Notes: generated by a model from the letters alone, not told the origin. A stretch of 39,654 bases of DNA from Dehalococcoidales bacterium (GCA_030698765.1 JAUYMF010000145.1:1-39654), one strand, 5' to 3'; positions 15,766 through 25,884 are shown, counted from the stretch's first letter. Translations and numbers: made by a program.

Positions 15766-16887
15766 ATGATTAACGGAAAACTGAGGCGATTCCTGGGTAT
15801 CCCTCTGGCGCTGGTTGCGGTTACTGCTCTGGTGACGGTCAGCGCCTGTACCCCGGCCGAAGCGAAGGCGCTGGAAGGTATTCTGGAAAAGGTGGACACT
15901 GTCAACGGCGAGATTACGGTGGTGACCAGGGATGGCAAGACGGTAGTCCTGACAATAGCCACTGAGGCGTCGGTGGAGACCGAAGAGGAGTCTTCAACCC
16001 TGGAAACGTTGCAGCCCGGCGCTTCCGTGGAAATCAGGGTAGATAAGGATGAAAAGGTGGCTCAGCGGATTAAGGCGCGCCAGGCGGAGATGGGAGGCGT
16101 TATTGTCCATATTGATGGTAATGAAATTACCATTGAGTCTGAAGGAGGTCAGCAGACTGTGCTCCTGGTAGCCGATGGTACCCGTATCGAAATCAAGGAC
16201 TCCCGGGGCACACTCGCCGACCTGGCTACCGGACAGGAAGTAGAAATCAAATACGACCCCACTACCCGTACCGCCCTTAAGATTGAAGTTGAGGAACCTG
16301 AAAGAGAGGCATCGGCGGCGAAATGGGGCATTGTCGAGATTAGAGTCACCGACCCGCCCCCGGCTGATGTTGTCAGTGCCGTTGTTTACCTGAGTAATAT
16401 TGAAGTCCACAGGGTATCCGGCTCGGACAATACCACTTCGGATAATGTCAGCGGTGAATGGATACAGGTAATCGGGGCTCCAACCAGTTTTGACCTGATG
16501 GACGTTATCGGAGTGGAGCAGGTACTGGGCAGCGCCAACATCACGGCAGGGCGTTTTACCCAGATACGCATGGATGTGGACAGGGTGGAAGTGGTTACCA
16601 CCAGTGGGGACAATATTACCGCTGAAGTACCCGGCGGTAAGCTGAAGATCGTCCGTCCGTTCAATGTCGGCGGTGGCGCGAAGACGGTGCTGACCCTTGA
16701 TTTCGATGGAGAAAAATCCCTGGTGCTGACAGGGAGAGACGGGGCGGCCGGTAACAGGAAGGCCCTGTTCAAACCGGTAGTTAAACTGCTGATTGAAAAG
16801 GATAAAGGAGTCGGGGAGGACGAGGAGGATGAGGCGGAAACTGAGGAAGCAGAAGAGTCAGAAGACGGTGGTGGTGGAGAAGGCTGA
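15766..16887 (+). CDS. DUF4382-domain lipoprotein with N-terminal beta-repeat region and acidic tail
   Basis: AGGAGG RBS, signal plus lipobox (VTVSAC). Repeated G.I..V..DG..V...I segments, then a DUF4382-like core (VEIRVTDPPP...FDLMDV...AGRFTQIRMDV...GGKLKIVRPF). Glu/Asp-rich C-terminus. Confidence 0.6.
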   Translation: MINGKLRRFLGIPLALVAVTALVTVSACTPAEAKALEGILEKVDTVNGEITVVTRDGKTVVLTIATEASVETEEESSTLETLQPGASVEIRVDKDEKVAQRIKARQAEMGGVIVHIDGNEITIESEGGQQTVLLVADGTRIEIKDSRGTLADLATGQEVEIKYDPTTRTALKIEVEEPEREASAAKWGIVEIRVTDPPPADVVSAVVYLSNIEVHRVSGSDNTTSDNVSGEWIQVIGAPTSFDLMDVIGVEQVLGSANITAGRFTQIRMDVDRVEVVTTSGDNITAEVPGGKLKIVRPFNVGGGAKTVLTLDFDGEKSLVLTGRDGAAGNRKALFKPVVKLLIEKDKGVGEDEEDEAETEEAEESEDGGGGEG

Positions 16888-16903
16888 AGAGGATAAGTAA
16901 AAT

Positions 16904-16959
16904 AAACAGGCTCCAGCCTAAATAGCTAAAATGCCGGTGCTGGAGCCTGTTTCTGTTTT
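16904..16959 (+). terminator. intrinsic terminator candidate
   Basis: 14-bp perfect stem AAACAGGCTCCAGC / GCTGGAGCCTGTTT (16904-16917, 16939-16952) followed by CTGTTTT; the loop is long (21 nt). Confidence 0.55.
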
Positions 16960-16978
16960 AGATGACGGCGAGATTTAT

Positions 16979-17210
16979 GGTATTATTCGGTTTTGGTTGG
17001 AGGTGTCATTGCGAAACCATTCCGCTATAGGCGGAAGGCTTCAGCCCGAGTTCAGCGTTCGACTGAGCTCACGCCGAAGTCCCGAGGGCGAAGCAATCTG
17101 TGTGTGGGGAAGGGTGCCCCTCACTTCTCAGATTGCCGCGTCGCGGAGTTTACACTGAGCGAAGAGAATGTGCTCCTCGCAATGACAAATAAAACCAACC
17201 AAACAGAACC
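16979..17210 (+). mobile_element. MITE-like structured repeat, copy B
   Basis: Homologous to copy A. ~35-nt imperfect terminal inverted repeats (GGTATTATTCGGTTTTGGTTGG..TGTCATTGCGA versus GGTTCTGTTTGGTTGGTTTTATTTGTCATTGCGA). Perfect 8-bp direct repeat AGATTTAT at 16971-16978 and 17211-17218. Confidence 0.8.
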
Positions 17211-17259
17211 AGATTTATCGTGGCATAGAAGCCGTAGGATATATAATATTTAGGAAATG

Positions 17260-17766
17260 TTATTGCGGACTGCTGTCCTGGCCGGAGTCCAACTCCTCGG
17301 GTTCAATCTTGCGGGGCTCATCCATGCCTTCCAGGTGGTCTATATAGAGAATACCGTTGAGATGGTTTATCTCGTGCTCCAGGGCTTGAGCCAGCAGTTC
17401 CTCAGCCTTAATCCGTATCTCTTTGCCATTCCGGTCCCACCCTTTGACCGTAACCGCCAGGGCGCGTTTGACCTGCCCGATGTAGCCCGGTATGCTCAGG
17501 CAACCCTCATTTATCAGGCGTTCCCCGCTTTTGCGCACAATCTCCGGATTGACCAGGACTATCTCTTCCTGTTCCGGAATGCCGATAACGGCGATACGCA
17601 GGGAAATACCCACCTGGGGGGCGGCTAACCCCACCCCTGAAGCGGAGTGCATTGTCTCCAGCATATTATCAATCAGCTTGCGTATTGAATTGTCAATCTG
17701 CCTGACCCGTTTTGCTTTCTGCCTCAGTATCGGGTCGGGCACGGTACGAATGGGAATAATTGCCAT
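17260..17766 (-). CDS. def: peptide deformylase
   Basis: GVGLAAPQVG, EGCLSIPG and HEINHLNG motifs. Start moved to ATG 17766. Confidence 0.92.
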   Translation of the reverse strand: MAIIPIRTVPDPILRQKAKRVRQIDNSIRKLIDNMLETMHSASGVGLAAPQVGISLRIAVIGIPEQEEIVLVNPEIVRKSGERLINEGCLSIPGYIGQVKRALAVTVKGWDRNGKEIRIKAEELLAQALEHEINHLNGILYIDHLEGMDEPRKIEPEELDSGQDSSPQ

Positions 17767-17840
17767 TAAATCTTCACCGGTAATAATGCTATCCCGCGAA
17801 GGGAGTTGATTCTGTGTTTTACACAACTTAATTGTAACTT

Positions 17841-20270
17841 TTACAGTCCTACCGGGTCAATATCTATTGCCCAGCCCTGAGGGATAGATACCGGTGCCAG
17901 GAAAGCGGACGGGTCGGCGCCGCGGAGTACCAGCTGCCAGCGGAACCGGCCCCGCAGCCGGTGAATAAATGCCGGCGCCGGCCCGATAACAGTGAGGCCG
18001 GCTATCCCCCTGGCGTCTCTCTCCTCGATAAGTAATCGCCTCAGGTTTTCCGCCTCTTTCCGGCAAAAGGCATCGTTGGTGTGGCTGAAGGTGAGCCGGG
18101 CCAGACGGCTAAAGGGCGGATTGTGAAGCTGCCTCCGGTAGGTTATTTCTCTTTCGTAAAAAAGGCTGTAGTCGTGTTTAGCCGCCGCCTGAATGGCGTA
18201 GTGTTCCGGGGTGTAGGTCTGAATGATAACCTGTCCCCCCCGGGGCCCACGTCCCGCTCTTCCCGCTACCTGGCTCAGTAGCTGAAAAGTCCTCTCTCCG
18301 GCGCGGAAGTCAGGCCGGTTCAAGCCGTAATCGGCGTTGACCGCTCCCACCAGGGTGACCCGGGGCAAATCGAGGCCCTTGGTAACCATCTGGGTGCCGA
18401 TGAGAATATCAGCCTGGTGGCTGCGGAACCTTTCCAGTATCTCCCGGTGGGAATCCTTCTTTCTGGTGGCATCACTATCCCAGCGCAGTAGCCGGGCTTG
18501 CGGGAAAGCAGTGCCTGTTTCCTGCTCCAGTTTCTGGGTGCCGGTACCCAGAAATTTTATACGGCGGCTCTGGCACCGGGGGCAGACCCGGGGTACCGCT
18601 GTTCTGTAGTTGCACTGATGACAGACCAGCATATCTTCATCCAGGTGATAACTGAGCGGGACATCGCAGCGCCGGCAGTTGAGGGTAAAGCCACAGTTGC
18701 GGCACTGAATGAAGGTGGCGGCCCCTCTCCGGTTAAGGAAGAGGATTACCTGTTCTCCCGCGGTCACCGCGTTACTTATTGCCTCTGATAAAGAGTGGCT
18801 GAACAGGCTCCTGTTGCCCGCTTTAAGCTCATCCTTCAAGTCTACAATCTCGACCCGTGGTAGCGGCGCATTCTCACTGGGGGTAACCCGCTCAGGGAGG
18901 TGAAGCAGGTGGTAGTCTCCTCTACAGGCGTGATAGAAGGTCTCTACGTCCGGAGTGGCGCTGCCCAGGATGACGGTAGCCCCGGTTAGTCCGGATAGCT
19001 TGATGGCCACGTTGCGGGTATGGTAGCGCGGCGATTTGTCATCTTGCTTGTAAGTCCATTCATGTTCCTCGTCAACAATAATCAGTCCCAGGTCCGGTTG
19101 CGGGGCAAAAAGGGCGCTCCTCGGCCCGATGACCACGTCAAATTCCCCGGCTCTGATACGCTGCCATTCGTCAAATTGCTCTCCCAGGGAAAGCTGACTG
19201 TGCAGGACGGCTACTTTGCCGGGGAAGCGTGAGGCGAACCGCTCTATGGTCTGGGGGGTGAGGGCAATCTCCGGGACCAGGACAATGCCCCGTTTCCCGG
19301 TTTTGATGGTTTCCGCCAGAGCCTGCAAATAGATTTCCGTCTTGCCGCTGCCGGTAACTCCGTGGAGCAGAAATATTTTTGAATCCGTCTGTTCGGCCAG
19401 ACTTTTTCTGATTGGTCGGAATACAGCATCCTGTGACGCGGTAAGAGGTAACGGCAGCGAGAGGTTTACGTTCCATGCGGAAAGGGGGTCTCGTCTTGTC
19501 TGAATATATTCAGTTGCGACCAGGCCTTTGCTGACCAGGGCATCAACCACCGATTTGTTAGACCGGGTTTCTTTTCTGGCTGCCGCCAGGGATACCGTTC
19601 CGGGTTGCTGAATCAGGAAGTCGAGGAGAGCCGCCTGTTTACGGGCTCCGGACTTATTCAAGCTGCTTGCTTCCTGTTGCGCCTGGTCAGGGCTGATCGC
19701 CAGGTTGAGGTAAGGCTCCTGTCTGGGACTGGCCCTGACCGGTTCCAGCTCGTAGCTTCTTGTCGCCAGTCCCCGCTTTACCAGTTGTGATATGATGGAC
19801 TGGGACTTCTTCTTGCCTGTTTTATTCTCCAGTCTTCTCAGATTTACCTTGTCCTCTTTACGCACTGTTTCCAGGAGAAGTTTCTGGTCAGGGGTGAGGG
19901 AAGACAGGTCGAAATCAGGGAGGAGCGGGGAAGCCGTAATAAAGGTAAGCGCTTTCCGTTCAAAGCCGGGCGGGAGCATCAAAGCGACGGCATCGAAAAT
20001 GGGTGATAAATAGTACTGGCTTATCCAGCCAGCCAGTGACACGGCTGCCGGGGATAATACCGGTTGCGGTTCAATGATTTCGGCGATTTCCCTGGTTTCG
20101 GCTACTGCCGGGTATTCGCTTAATGCCAGAACAATACCCTGCAGCACCTTCTCACCGAAGGGTACCAGTACCGCCTGCCCGATACTGATATTCATTCCGG
20201 AGGGGATGGCATAGCTGAATGTCTGGCGCGGCGCTACCGGTGAATTAACACAAACCTCAGCATACCCCAT
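17841..20270 (-). CDS. priA: primosomal protein N' (replication restart helicase)
   Basis: 809 aa; Walker A GVTGSGKTE, DEEH box and the Cys-rich zinc-binding insert (CRNCG...CRRC...CHQC...CPRC). Confidence 0.92.
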   Translation of the reverse strand: MGYAEVCVNSPVAPRQTFSYAIPSGMNISIGQAVLVPFGEKVLQGIVLALSEYPAVAETREIAEIIEPQPVLSPAAVSLAGWISQYYLSPIFDAVALMLPPGFERKALTFITASPLLPDFDLSSLTPDQKLLLETVRKEDKVNLRRLENKTGKKKSQSIISQLVKRGLATRSYELEPVRASPRQEPYLNLAISPDQAQQEASSLNKSGARKQAALLDFLIQQPGTVSLAAARKETRSNKSVVDALVSKGLVATEYIQTRRDPLSAWNVNLSLPLPLTASQDAVFRPIRKSLAEQTDSKIFLLHGVTGSGKTEIYLQALAETIKTGKRGIVLVPEIALTPQTIERFASRFPGKVAVLHSQLSLGEQFDEWQRIRAGEFDVVIGPRSALFAPQPDLGLIIVDEEHEWTYKQDDKSPRYHTRNVAIKLSGLTGATVILGSATPDVETFYHACRGDYHLLHLPERVTPSENAPLPRVEIVDLKDELKAGNRSLFSHSLSEAISNAVTAGEQVILFLNRRGAATFIQCRNCGFTLNCRRCDVPLSYHLDEDMLVCHQCNYRTAVPRVCPRCQSRRIKFLGTGTQKLEQETGTAFPQARLLRWDSDATRKKDSHREILERFRSHQADILIGTQMVTKGLDLPRVTLVGAVNADYGLNRPDFRAGERTFQLLSQVAGRAGRGPRGGQVIIQTYTPEHYAIQAAAKHDYSLFYEREITYRRQLHNPPFSRLARLTFSHTNDAFCRKEAENLRRLLIEERDARGIAGLTVIGPAPAFIHRLRGRFRWQLVLRGADPSAFLAPVSIPQGWAIDIDPVGL

Positions 20271-20303
20271 CCTGCGCTCCAGAGAGGTGTTTCCGTTGTA
20301 GTT

Positions 20304-20789
20304 CTATTCCTGTTTCAGCTCCGGTTGCTCTTCCTGCTCCGGTTCCGGAGTTACCTCTTGTGTCAGTTCTGCCTCCGGTTCTAACTCCGGCAGCAATGCT
20401 TCTTGCTGTTCTCTTTCCAGTCTCAGCGCTTCTTCCCGTTCCAGCGCTTGCGGGCTTAGCCGTCTCTCCTTAATCCGGGAGGCTTTAGCGCTCAGTCCGC
20501 GGAGGTAATAAAGCTTGGCACGGCGTACTTTACCGTGTTTGATGACTTCCACCTTTTCCACACGCGGTGAATTGAAGGGGAAGGTGCGCTCAACACCGAC
20601 CCCGTAGGTGACGCGTCTCACCGTGAAGTTAGAGCCCTCCCCGCCGCGCCGTATCCCGATTACCACTCCTTGAAAGGCCTGGATTCGTTCTTTGTCTCCC
20701 TCGATAACCCTGGTACTGACTCTTACCGTGTCGCCGGGGGCCAGGGTTGGGATTTTAGGGTTTGATTTGACCAGTGATGCAACATTCAT
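20304..20789 (-). CDS. rplS: 50S ribosomal protein L19 with acidic C-terminal extension
   Basis: The L19 core ([24 protein letters not shown]..., [10 protein letters not shown]) is followed by ~45 Glu/Pro/Gln-rich residues. Confidence 0.9.
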   Translation of the reverse strand: MNVASLVKSNPKIPTLAPGDTVRVSTRVIEGDKERIQAFQGVVIGIRRGGEGSNFTVRRVTYGVGVERTFPFNSPRVEKVEVIKHGKVRRAKLYYLRGLSAKASRIKERRLSPQALEREEALRLEREQQEALLPELEPEAELTQEVTPEPEQEEQPELKQE

Positions 20790-20821
20790 TCCAAAACTCC
20801 ATTATGTTTATTTAGCGTTAT

Positions 20822-21568
20822 TTACCGTGCTTGTCTCAGCCTCTCGACCGTTTGTTTTTCCTCTGAATTCAGACTGGCCGAAGCCAGTAGCTCCGGGCGG
20901 CGTTCCAGCGTGCGGAGAATTGCCTGCTCGCGCCGCCACCGGGCAATCCGGGCGTGATTTCCGGAGAGAAGGATTTCAGGAACAGCCCAGTCCCGGTATA
21001 CCGGGGGACGGGTGTACTGCGGGTATTCGAGAAGTCCGCTGGAATGAGAATCATCCTCCGCTGAGGCTTCTGAGCCGAGCACCCCCGGCACCAGCCTTAA
21101 GAGGGCATCGGCGATTACCAGGGCGGGCAGCTCGCCGCCGCTGAGGACATAGTCGCCGATGCTGATCTCATCAGTGGCCAGGTACCGGGCTACCCGTTCG
21201 TCAATGCCCTCGTAATGGCCACAGATAAGAATTATCTGACGATATCCTGATAGCTCCTGAGCAATCCGCTGGGAAAAGAGCCGGCCCTGCGGGGTAAGCA
21301 GAATAATCGGTAATATATTTTCTCCTTCGGGTTGTATTTCTGTTTTTAGCGTTTCTACTGCTTCGAAAATAGGTTCAGGTTTCAGTACCATACCGGCGCC
21401 GCCGCCGTAGGGATAATCATCAACTGTGTGATGTTTATCATGGGTACAGTCCCTGATATTACGGATGTTGAAACTAGCCAGTCCCTGGTCGGCGGCGCGC
21501 TTGAAAATACCGCTGCTCAGGGGACTCTGGAACATCTCGGGGAACAGGGTCAAAATGTTAATTCGCAT
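20822..21568 (-). CDS. trmD: tRNA (guanine37-N1)-methyltransferase
   Basis: [13 protein letters not shown]..., [12 protein letters not shown] and [10 protein letters not shown] motifs. Confidence 0.92.
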   Translation of the reverse strand: MRINILTLFPEMFQSPLSSGIFKRAADQGLASFNIRNIRDCTHDKHHTVDDYPYGGGAGMVLKPEPIFEAVETLKTEIQPEGENILPIILLTPQGRLFSQRIAQELSGYRQIILICGHYEGIDERVARYLATDEISIGDYVLSGGELPALVIADALLRLVPGVLGSEASAEDDSHSSGLLEYPQYTRPPVYRDWAVPEILLSGNHARIARWRREQAILRTLERRPELLASASLNSEEKQTVERLRQAR

Positions 21569-21822
21569 TGACTGTCCTTTGGGTCTCTGAGGTCACATTT
21601 CCTGAATTGCTTTCAACGTTCATTGGCAGCTAAAAACACTCTCCTATTCTAGCACAGAGAAGGGCTGTTGAGAAAGCCCTTCCGTTCAGGGACTGTTTTA
21701 GTGTTTTCTGGAGGTTAATTCGTCACCGGTTCTGGTTGAGGGCGGCCTGAAAATAGAGGATTTGCCAGGAATCTAAAAAAATTTTTGCCAGGGGGCTTGA
21801 CAAATGGAAAATTATGTCTCAA

Positions 21823-21859
21823 AATGGTGAGAAGTGGTAAATAGTGGTTAAAAGTGGTA
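21823..21859 (+). promoter_or_regulatory. MraZ operator: four direct A(A/T)(A/G)TGGT boxes at exact 10-bp phasing
   Basis: aATGGTg 21823, AGTGGTa 21833, AGTGGTt 21843, AGTGGTa 21853. Located downstream of TTGACA (21797-21802) and directly upstream of the mraZ RBS. Confidence 0.65.
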
Positions 21860-21885
21860 AATAGTTCTATCCTCTGGAGCTGGTA

Positions 21886-22311
21886 ATGTTTTTGGGGGAA
21901 TTCGAGTATAAGATTGATGAGAAGGGGAGGATATTAATTCCGCCCAAGTTCAGGCGGGAACTCAAGGACGGGGTGGTACTGACGCCAGGGGTGGAAAAAT
22001 GTATCAATATCTATTCCGTATCTGAATGGAAGAAACTGGCGGATACTCTAACTACCGGTTCGGTTACCCCCAGCAAATTGAGAAGGCTGAACCGGGCTAT
22101 TTTTGCTACCGCCTTCACTCTGAACATTGACGGGCAGGGGAGAATCCCTCTGCCCGTTCCGTTACGGGAATATGCCGGCATTGAAGATGATGCGGTTATT
22201 GCCGGAGCGAATACCTATCTGGAGCTATGGAACCGGGAGCAGTGGGAAGAAGAGAAAACTATCAGCCAGGAACAGGCCTGGCAGATTATTGAGAGTCTAG
22301 AACGGCATTGA
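21886..22311 (+). CDS. mraZ: transcriptional regulator MraZ
   Basis: [23 protein letters not shown] and a second SpoVT/AbrB-like repeat (DGQGRIPLP). Confidence 0.92.
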   Translation: MFLGEFEYKIDEKGRILIPPKFRRELKDGVVLTPGVEKCINIYSVSEWKKLADTLTTGSVTPSKLRRLNRAIFATAFTLNIDGQGRIPLPVPLREYAGIEDDAVIAGANTYLELWNREQWEEEKTISQEQAWQIIESLERH

Positions 22312-23366
22312 TGAGTCAAACCATGGTAGCGTCATCTCATATCCCTGTTCTGGTAGAAGAGGCACTTGAGGCACTCGCTGTTCAGCCTGGTGGCCGCTAT
22401 ATCGATTGTACTCTTGGGGGTGGCGGGCACGCGATTGCTATCCTGAAACACAGCTCACCCGGTGGGCAGCTACTGGGTATTGACGCTGACCCCGAGGCGA
22501 TAGAAATAGCCCGGGGAAGGCTGGAATCTTATGCCAGTTCCGCTCTGCTCGTTACCGATAATTTTGTTAATCTGCAGGCTATTTGTTACAAGCATGACTT
22601 TTCCCCGGTGAATGGTATTTTACTTGACCTGGGACTCTCTACTCTTCAACTGGACAGCAGTAGTCGCGGTTTCAGTTTCCAGCGGAACGCTCCGCTGGAT
22701 ATGCGTTTGAACTCTGACCAGGAGATGACCGCTGCCGATGTCGTCAATACCTATCCGGAGAAGGAGCTCGCCTATCTGCTCAAGACGTACGGTGAAGAAG
22801 GGTACAGCCGGCAGATTGCTCACCGGATTGTGCAGGAGCGTCCGGTAGAAACTACCGCTCAACTGGCCCGCTTGGTAGAGCGAGTTTATGGCAGCCGGAG
22901 GGGCAAGATCCATCCCGCTACCAAGACCTTCCAGGCGCTGAGAATCGCGGTCAATCAGGAGCTGGAACACCTGGAATCAACCCTGAAGCAGGCGGTGGAG
23001 CTTCTTGGTTTTGGGGGCAGGCTGGTGGTTATCAGCTATCATTCCCTTGAAGACCGCATCGTCAAACAGTTTATGCAGCAGGAAGCCAGGGATTGTATCT
23101 GCCCTCCGGGCATACCTACCTGTGTTTGCGGGCATACTGCCCGGCTGCGGTTAATCAATAGAAAAGTGATTACCCCTTCTCCGGAGGAGGTCCGATTGAA
23201 TCCGCGTAGCCGCAGTGCCAGATTGAGAGCCGCCGAGCGTGTTGTTACTCAGGATGAGCATAATAAGCTGGTGGAGCGGTTGTGTTCTTCAACGGAGGCA
23301 GAAATTAATGGTTGGCGGAGGCCATTTTTATTGAAAAAATTGCGCCAGACTTTTCTGGCCGTTTGA
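22311..23366 (+). CDS. rsmH: 16S rRNA (cytosine1402-N4)-methyltransferase
   Basis: [26 protein letters not shown] and [11 protein letters not shown] motifs. The ATG overlaps the mraZ stop (TGATG). Confidence 0.92.
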   Translation: MSQTMVASSHIPVLVEEALEALAVQPGGRYIDCTLGGGGHAIAILKHSSPGGQLLGIDADPEAIEIARGRLESYASSALLVTDNFVNLQAICYKHDFSPVNGILLDLGLSTLQLDSSSRGFSFQRNAPLDMRLNSDQEMTAADVVNTYPEKELAYLLKTYGEEGYSRQIAHRIVQERPVETTAQLARLVERVYGSRRGKIHPATKTFQALRIAVNQELEHLESTLKQAVELLGFGGRLVVISYHSLEDRIVKQFMQQEARDCICPPGIPTCVCGHTARLRLINRKVITPSPEEVRLNPRSRSARLRAAERVVTQDEHNKLVERLCSSTEAEINGWRRPFLLKKLRQTFLAV

Positions 23367-23462
23367 TTTTTAAGTTACCGGAGAGTACGAGAAAGGGGGC
23401 ATCAGATGTGAAAATCGGGTTAATCAAAAAAGGAGAGAAACTAACTGGTAAGGAGGAATTAA

Positions 23463-24686
23463 ATGGGCAAGCAGACTACTATAGCTTCTATTGATGTTGG
23501 TACCACCAAGATATGCACCACTATCGCTGAGATAAATGACGGCGGGTCCCTGCGTGTGGCTGGTGTGGGTATTACCCCGTCTAATGGCTTACACAAAGGA
23601 CTGGTGGTAAATATCAATGACGCCAGAGAGTCAATCCGCAGGTCAGTGATTAAAGCAGAACAATCCAGCGGGTATAAAATAGAATCAGCCTATGTCGGTG
23701 TCACCGGAAGGCATGTTGCCTCACTGAATAACCGGGGGGTAGTTGCCATCACCCGTAATGACCGGCTGGTGCGGCCAGAGGACTTGAGGCGGGTGATGCA
23801 ATCTGCCCAGAGCGTCAAGGTCCCCGGTGACAGAAAATTGCTTCACGTTATTCCACGAGGTTACGCGGTTGACGGACAATCCGGAGTCAAGAACCCGGTG
23901 GGAATGCACGGCTTCCGGCTGGACGTGGAGACTCATGTCATTACCGCGGCTGTTGCTTCCGTTCAGAACCTGGCCAAGTGTATTCGGGGTATTGGCATTG
24001 ATATTGAGGACATGGTTCTTGAGCCTCTGGCCAGCAGCGAAGCTATCTTGACTGAAGATGAGAAGCAGGTCGGTGTGATACTGGCTGATATCGGTGGTGG
24101 TACCACGGACATTGCCGTATTTAAAGATGGCAGTATCTGGCATACCGCTATTCTGCCGGTAGCCGGCTATCAGCTTACCAGGGATGTTGCCATTGGCCTG
24201 GGATTGCCGTTTGAAGTAGCTGAAGAGATGAAAAAAATGCATGCCAGTGTTATGCCTGTGTACGAAGGCAAATCAGATTCCGGCAATGTGATGGCTGAAG
24301 ATGGGCACGGAGCGTCTTATCAGGACCTGTGCGACATTGTCCGGGCGCGTGTCGAGGAGATTATGAGACTTATCCTGCTTGAGCTACCGCGCTCCGAGTC
24401 TGAATATGAAGCCCTGGTCCCGGCGGGCCTGGTACTGACCGGTGGTAGCTCTAACCTGTCCGGCATAGATATACTGGGCCGGGATATATTGCGTCTCCCG
24501 GTCAGAGTGGGTTCCCCAAATAACATTTACGGGATTACTGATGCTCTTTGTAATCCAGCCTATGCTACCAGTGTCGGTCTCCTGCTCTGGGGAGCCAAAC
24601 ACCAGGGTGAGCAGGGCGGGAAATTCAGGGGCTTCGGTGGCGGCTGGCGGCGTTTGGTTTCCCGTGTCTTTCAACTATTTGGTTAG
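23463..24686 (+). CDS. ftsA: cell division protein FtsA
   Basis: Actin-fold motifs (IASIDVGTTKI, ADIGGGTTDIAVF, LTGGSSNL); AAGGAGG RBS. Confidence 0.9.
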   Translation: MGKQTTIASIDVGTTKICTTIAEINDGGSLRVAGVGITPSNGLHKGLVVNINDARESIRRSVIKAEQSSGYKIESAYVGVTGRHVASLNNRGVVAITRNDRLVRPEDLRRVMQSAQSVKVPGDRKLLHVIPRGYAVDGQSGVKNPVGMHGFRLDVETHVITAAVASVQNLAKCIRGIGIDIEDMVLEPLASSEAILTEDEKQVGVILADIGGGTTDIAVFKDGSIWHTAILPVAGYQLTRDVAIGLGLPFEVAEEMKKMHASVMPVYEGKSDSGNVMAEDGHGASYQDLCDIVRARVEEIMRLILLELPRSESEYEALVPAGLVLTGGSSNLSGIDILGRDILRLPVRVGSPNNIYGITDALCNPAYATSVGLLLWGAKHQGEQGGKFRGFGGGWRRLVSRVFQLFG

Positions 24687-24750
24687 ACAGTGATACGTGA
24701 ATAAAAATTAGAAAATAAAACAAAGTAAGTAAGGAGGAAAGGAGGAGAAT

Positions 24751-25884
24751 ATGGCGAGAGCAAGTTTCGTTCCTAATCCGGCTAAAATTAAGGTTATCGG
24801 GCTGGGTGGTGGCGGTTGTAACGCGATAACCCGTATGGTTCAAGAAGAGATTCATGGTGTTGAGTTCATTGCCATGAATACTGATGCCCAGGCGATGGCA
24901 CTGACCGAAGCGCCAATTCGGATTCAACTCGGGGAGAAGCTAACCAAGGGACTGGGTGTGGGTGGTGACAATCAGTTTGGGCACAAAGCGGCTGAGGAGA
25001 GCCGTGACGAGCTTAAGGAAGCTGTCGCCGGGGCTGATATGGTTTTTGTCACTGCCGGTATGGGTGGCGGCACCGGGACCGGCGCGGCTCCCGTGGTCGC
25101 GGAAATAGCCAAGCAGAGCGGGGCTCTCACAATTGCGGTGGTTACCAAGCCATTTAGCTTCGAGGGAACACACCGCTGTAAGGTTGCCGAAGAAGGCATC
25201 GCCGAATTACTGACCAAGGTTGACACGCTTATTATTATACCCAATGACCGTCTGCTTGACCTCTGCGACCATAAGACAGGGGTGGATAATGCCTTTAAGA
25301 TGGCTGATGATGTGCTCAGACATGGTGTCCAGGCTATCTCCGAGGTTATTACCGTTCCCGGAGTTATTAATCTTGATTTTGCGGATGTTAAAGCGGTGAT
25401 GAAAGATGCCGGTCCGGCCTGGATGTCCATCGGCAGGGGTTCAGGTCAAAACCGGGCCGTAGATGCCGCCAAAGACGCCCTGGCCAGTCCGTTGCTGGAT
25501 GTTTCTGCCGGAGGGTCCAAGGGTGTTCTCTTCAATATTGTTGGTGGTACAAATCTCACCCTGTTTGAGGTTAATGAGGCGGCAGAAGTGATCAAAGCGG
25601 CGGTCGACCCTGACGCTAATATCATTTTCGGGGTTGGTCATGACCCTTCAATGGATAAAGACCTCAAGATCACCTTGATTGCTACGGGCTTTATCAACAA
25701 AAATGGAATGGCCGGTCTGAATAAGGAAAAGGAGATCAAAGAATTCCTCAGCGGTCTGCGCGGGAGCGAGGACCAGCTGGATGTCCCATCTTTCCTGCGC
25801 CGTCCTATGTTCGACCAGCGCCGTCAGATGGTGCCTTCACCGGCTAAACAGACAAAAGCGCCGCAGCAAAGCCCATTTCTTTAG
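24751..25884 (+). CDS. ftsZ: cell division GTPase FtsZ
   Basis: [13 protein letters not shown], the tubulin signature [13 protein letters not shown] and NLDFADV. Confidence 0.95.
   Translation: MARASFVPNPAKIKVIGLGGGGCNAITRMVQEEIHGVEFIAMNTDAQAMALTEAPIRIQLGEKLTKGLGVGGDNQFGHKAAEESRDELKEAVAGADMVFVTAGMGGGTGTGAAPVVAEIAKQSGALTIAVVTKPFSFEGTHRCKVAEEGIAELLTKVDTLIIIPNDRLLDLCDHKTGVDNAFKMADDVLRHGVQAISEVITVPGVINLDFADVKAVMKDAGPAWMSIGRGSGQNRAVDAAKDALASPLLDVSAGGSKGVLFNIVGGTNLTLFEVNEAAEVIKAAVDPDANIIFGVGHDPSMDKDLKITLIATGFINKNGMAGLNKEKEIKEFLSGLRGSEDQLDVPSFLRRPMFDQRRQMVPSPAKQTKAPQQSPFL

Noticed and set aside
8655-17210. The two inverted 230-bp repeats might define an 8.5-kb composite transposon or a recently inverted (invertible) segment carrying the cupin-to-DUF4382 genes.
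   Set aside because: Each copy has its own matching target duplication: AGATTTAT/AGATTTAT for B, and GCCGCACC/GCCGCACG for A once the IS is removed. That indicates two independent insertions. It also means no recombination between the copies since insertion, because an inversion would have swapped the flanks. The repeats remain a potential substrate for future inversion.
23367-23462. Possible tiny ftsL-like gene between rsmH and ftsA (track ORF 23312..23494).
   Set aside because: The only ORF overlaps both neighbours, has no TM helix or leucine-zipper character, and contains the ftsA RBS, so it is judged non-coding.
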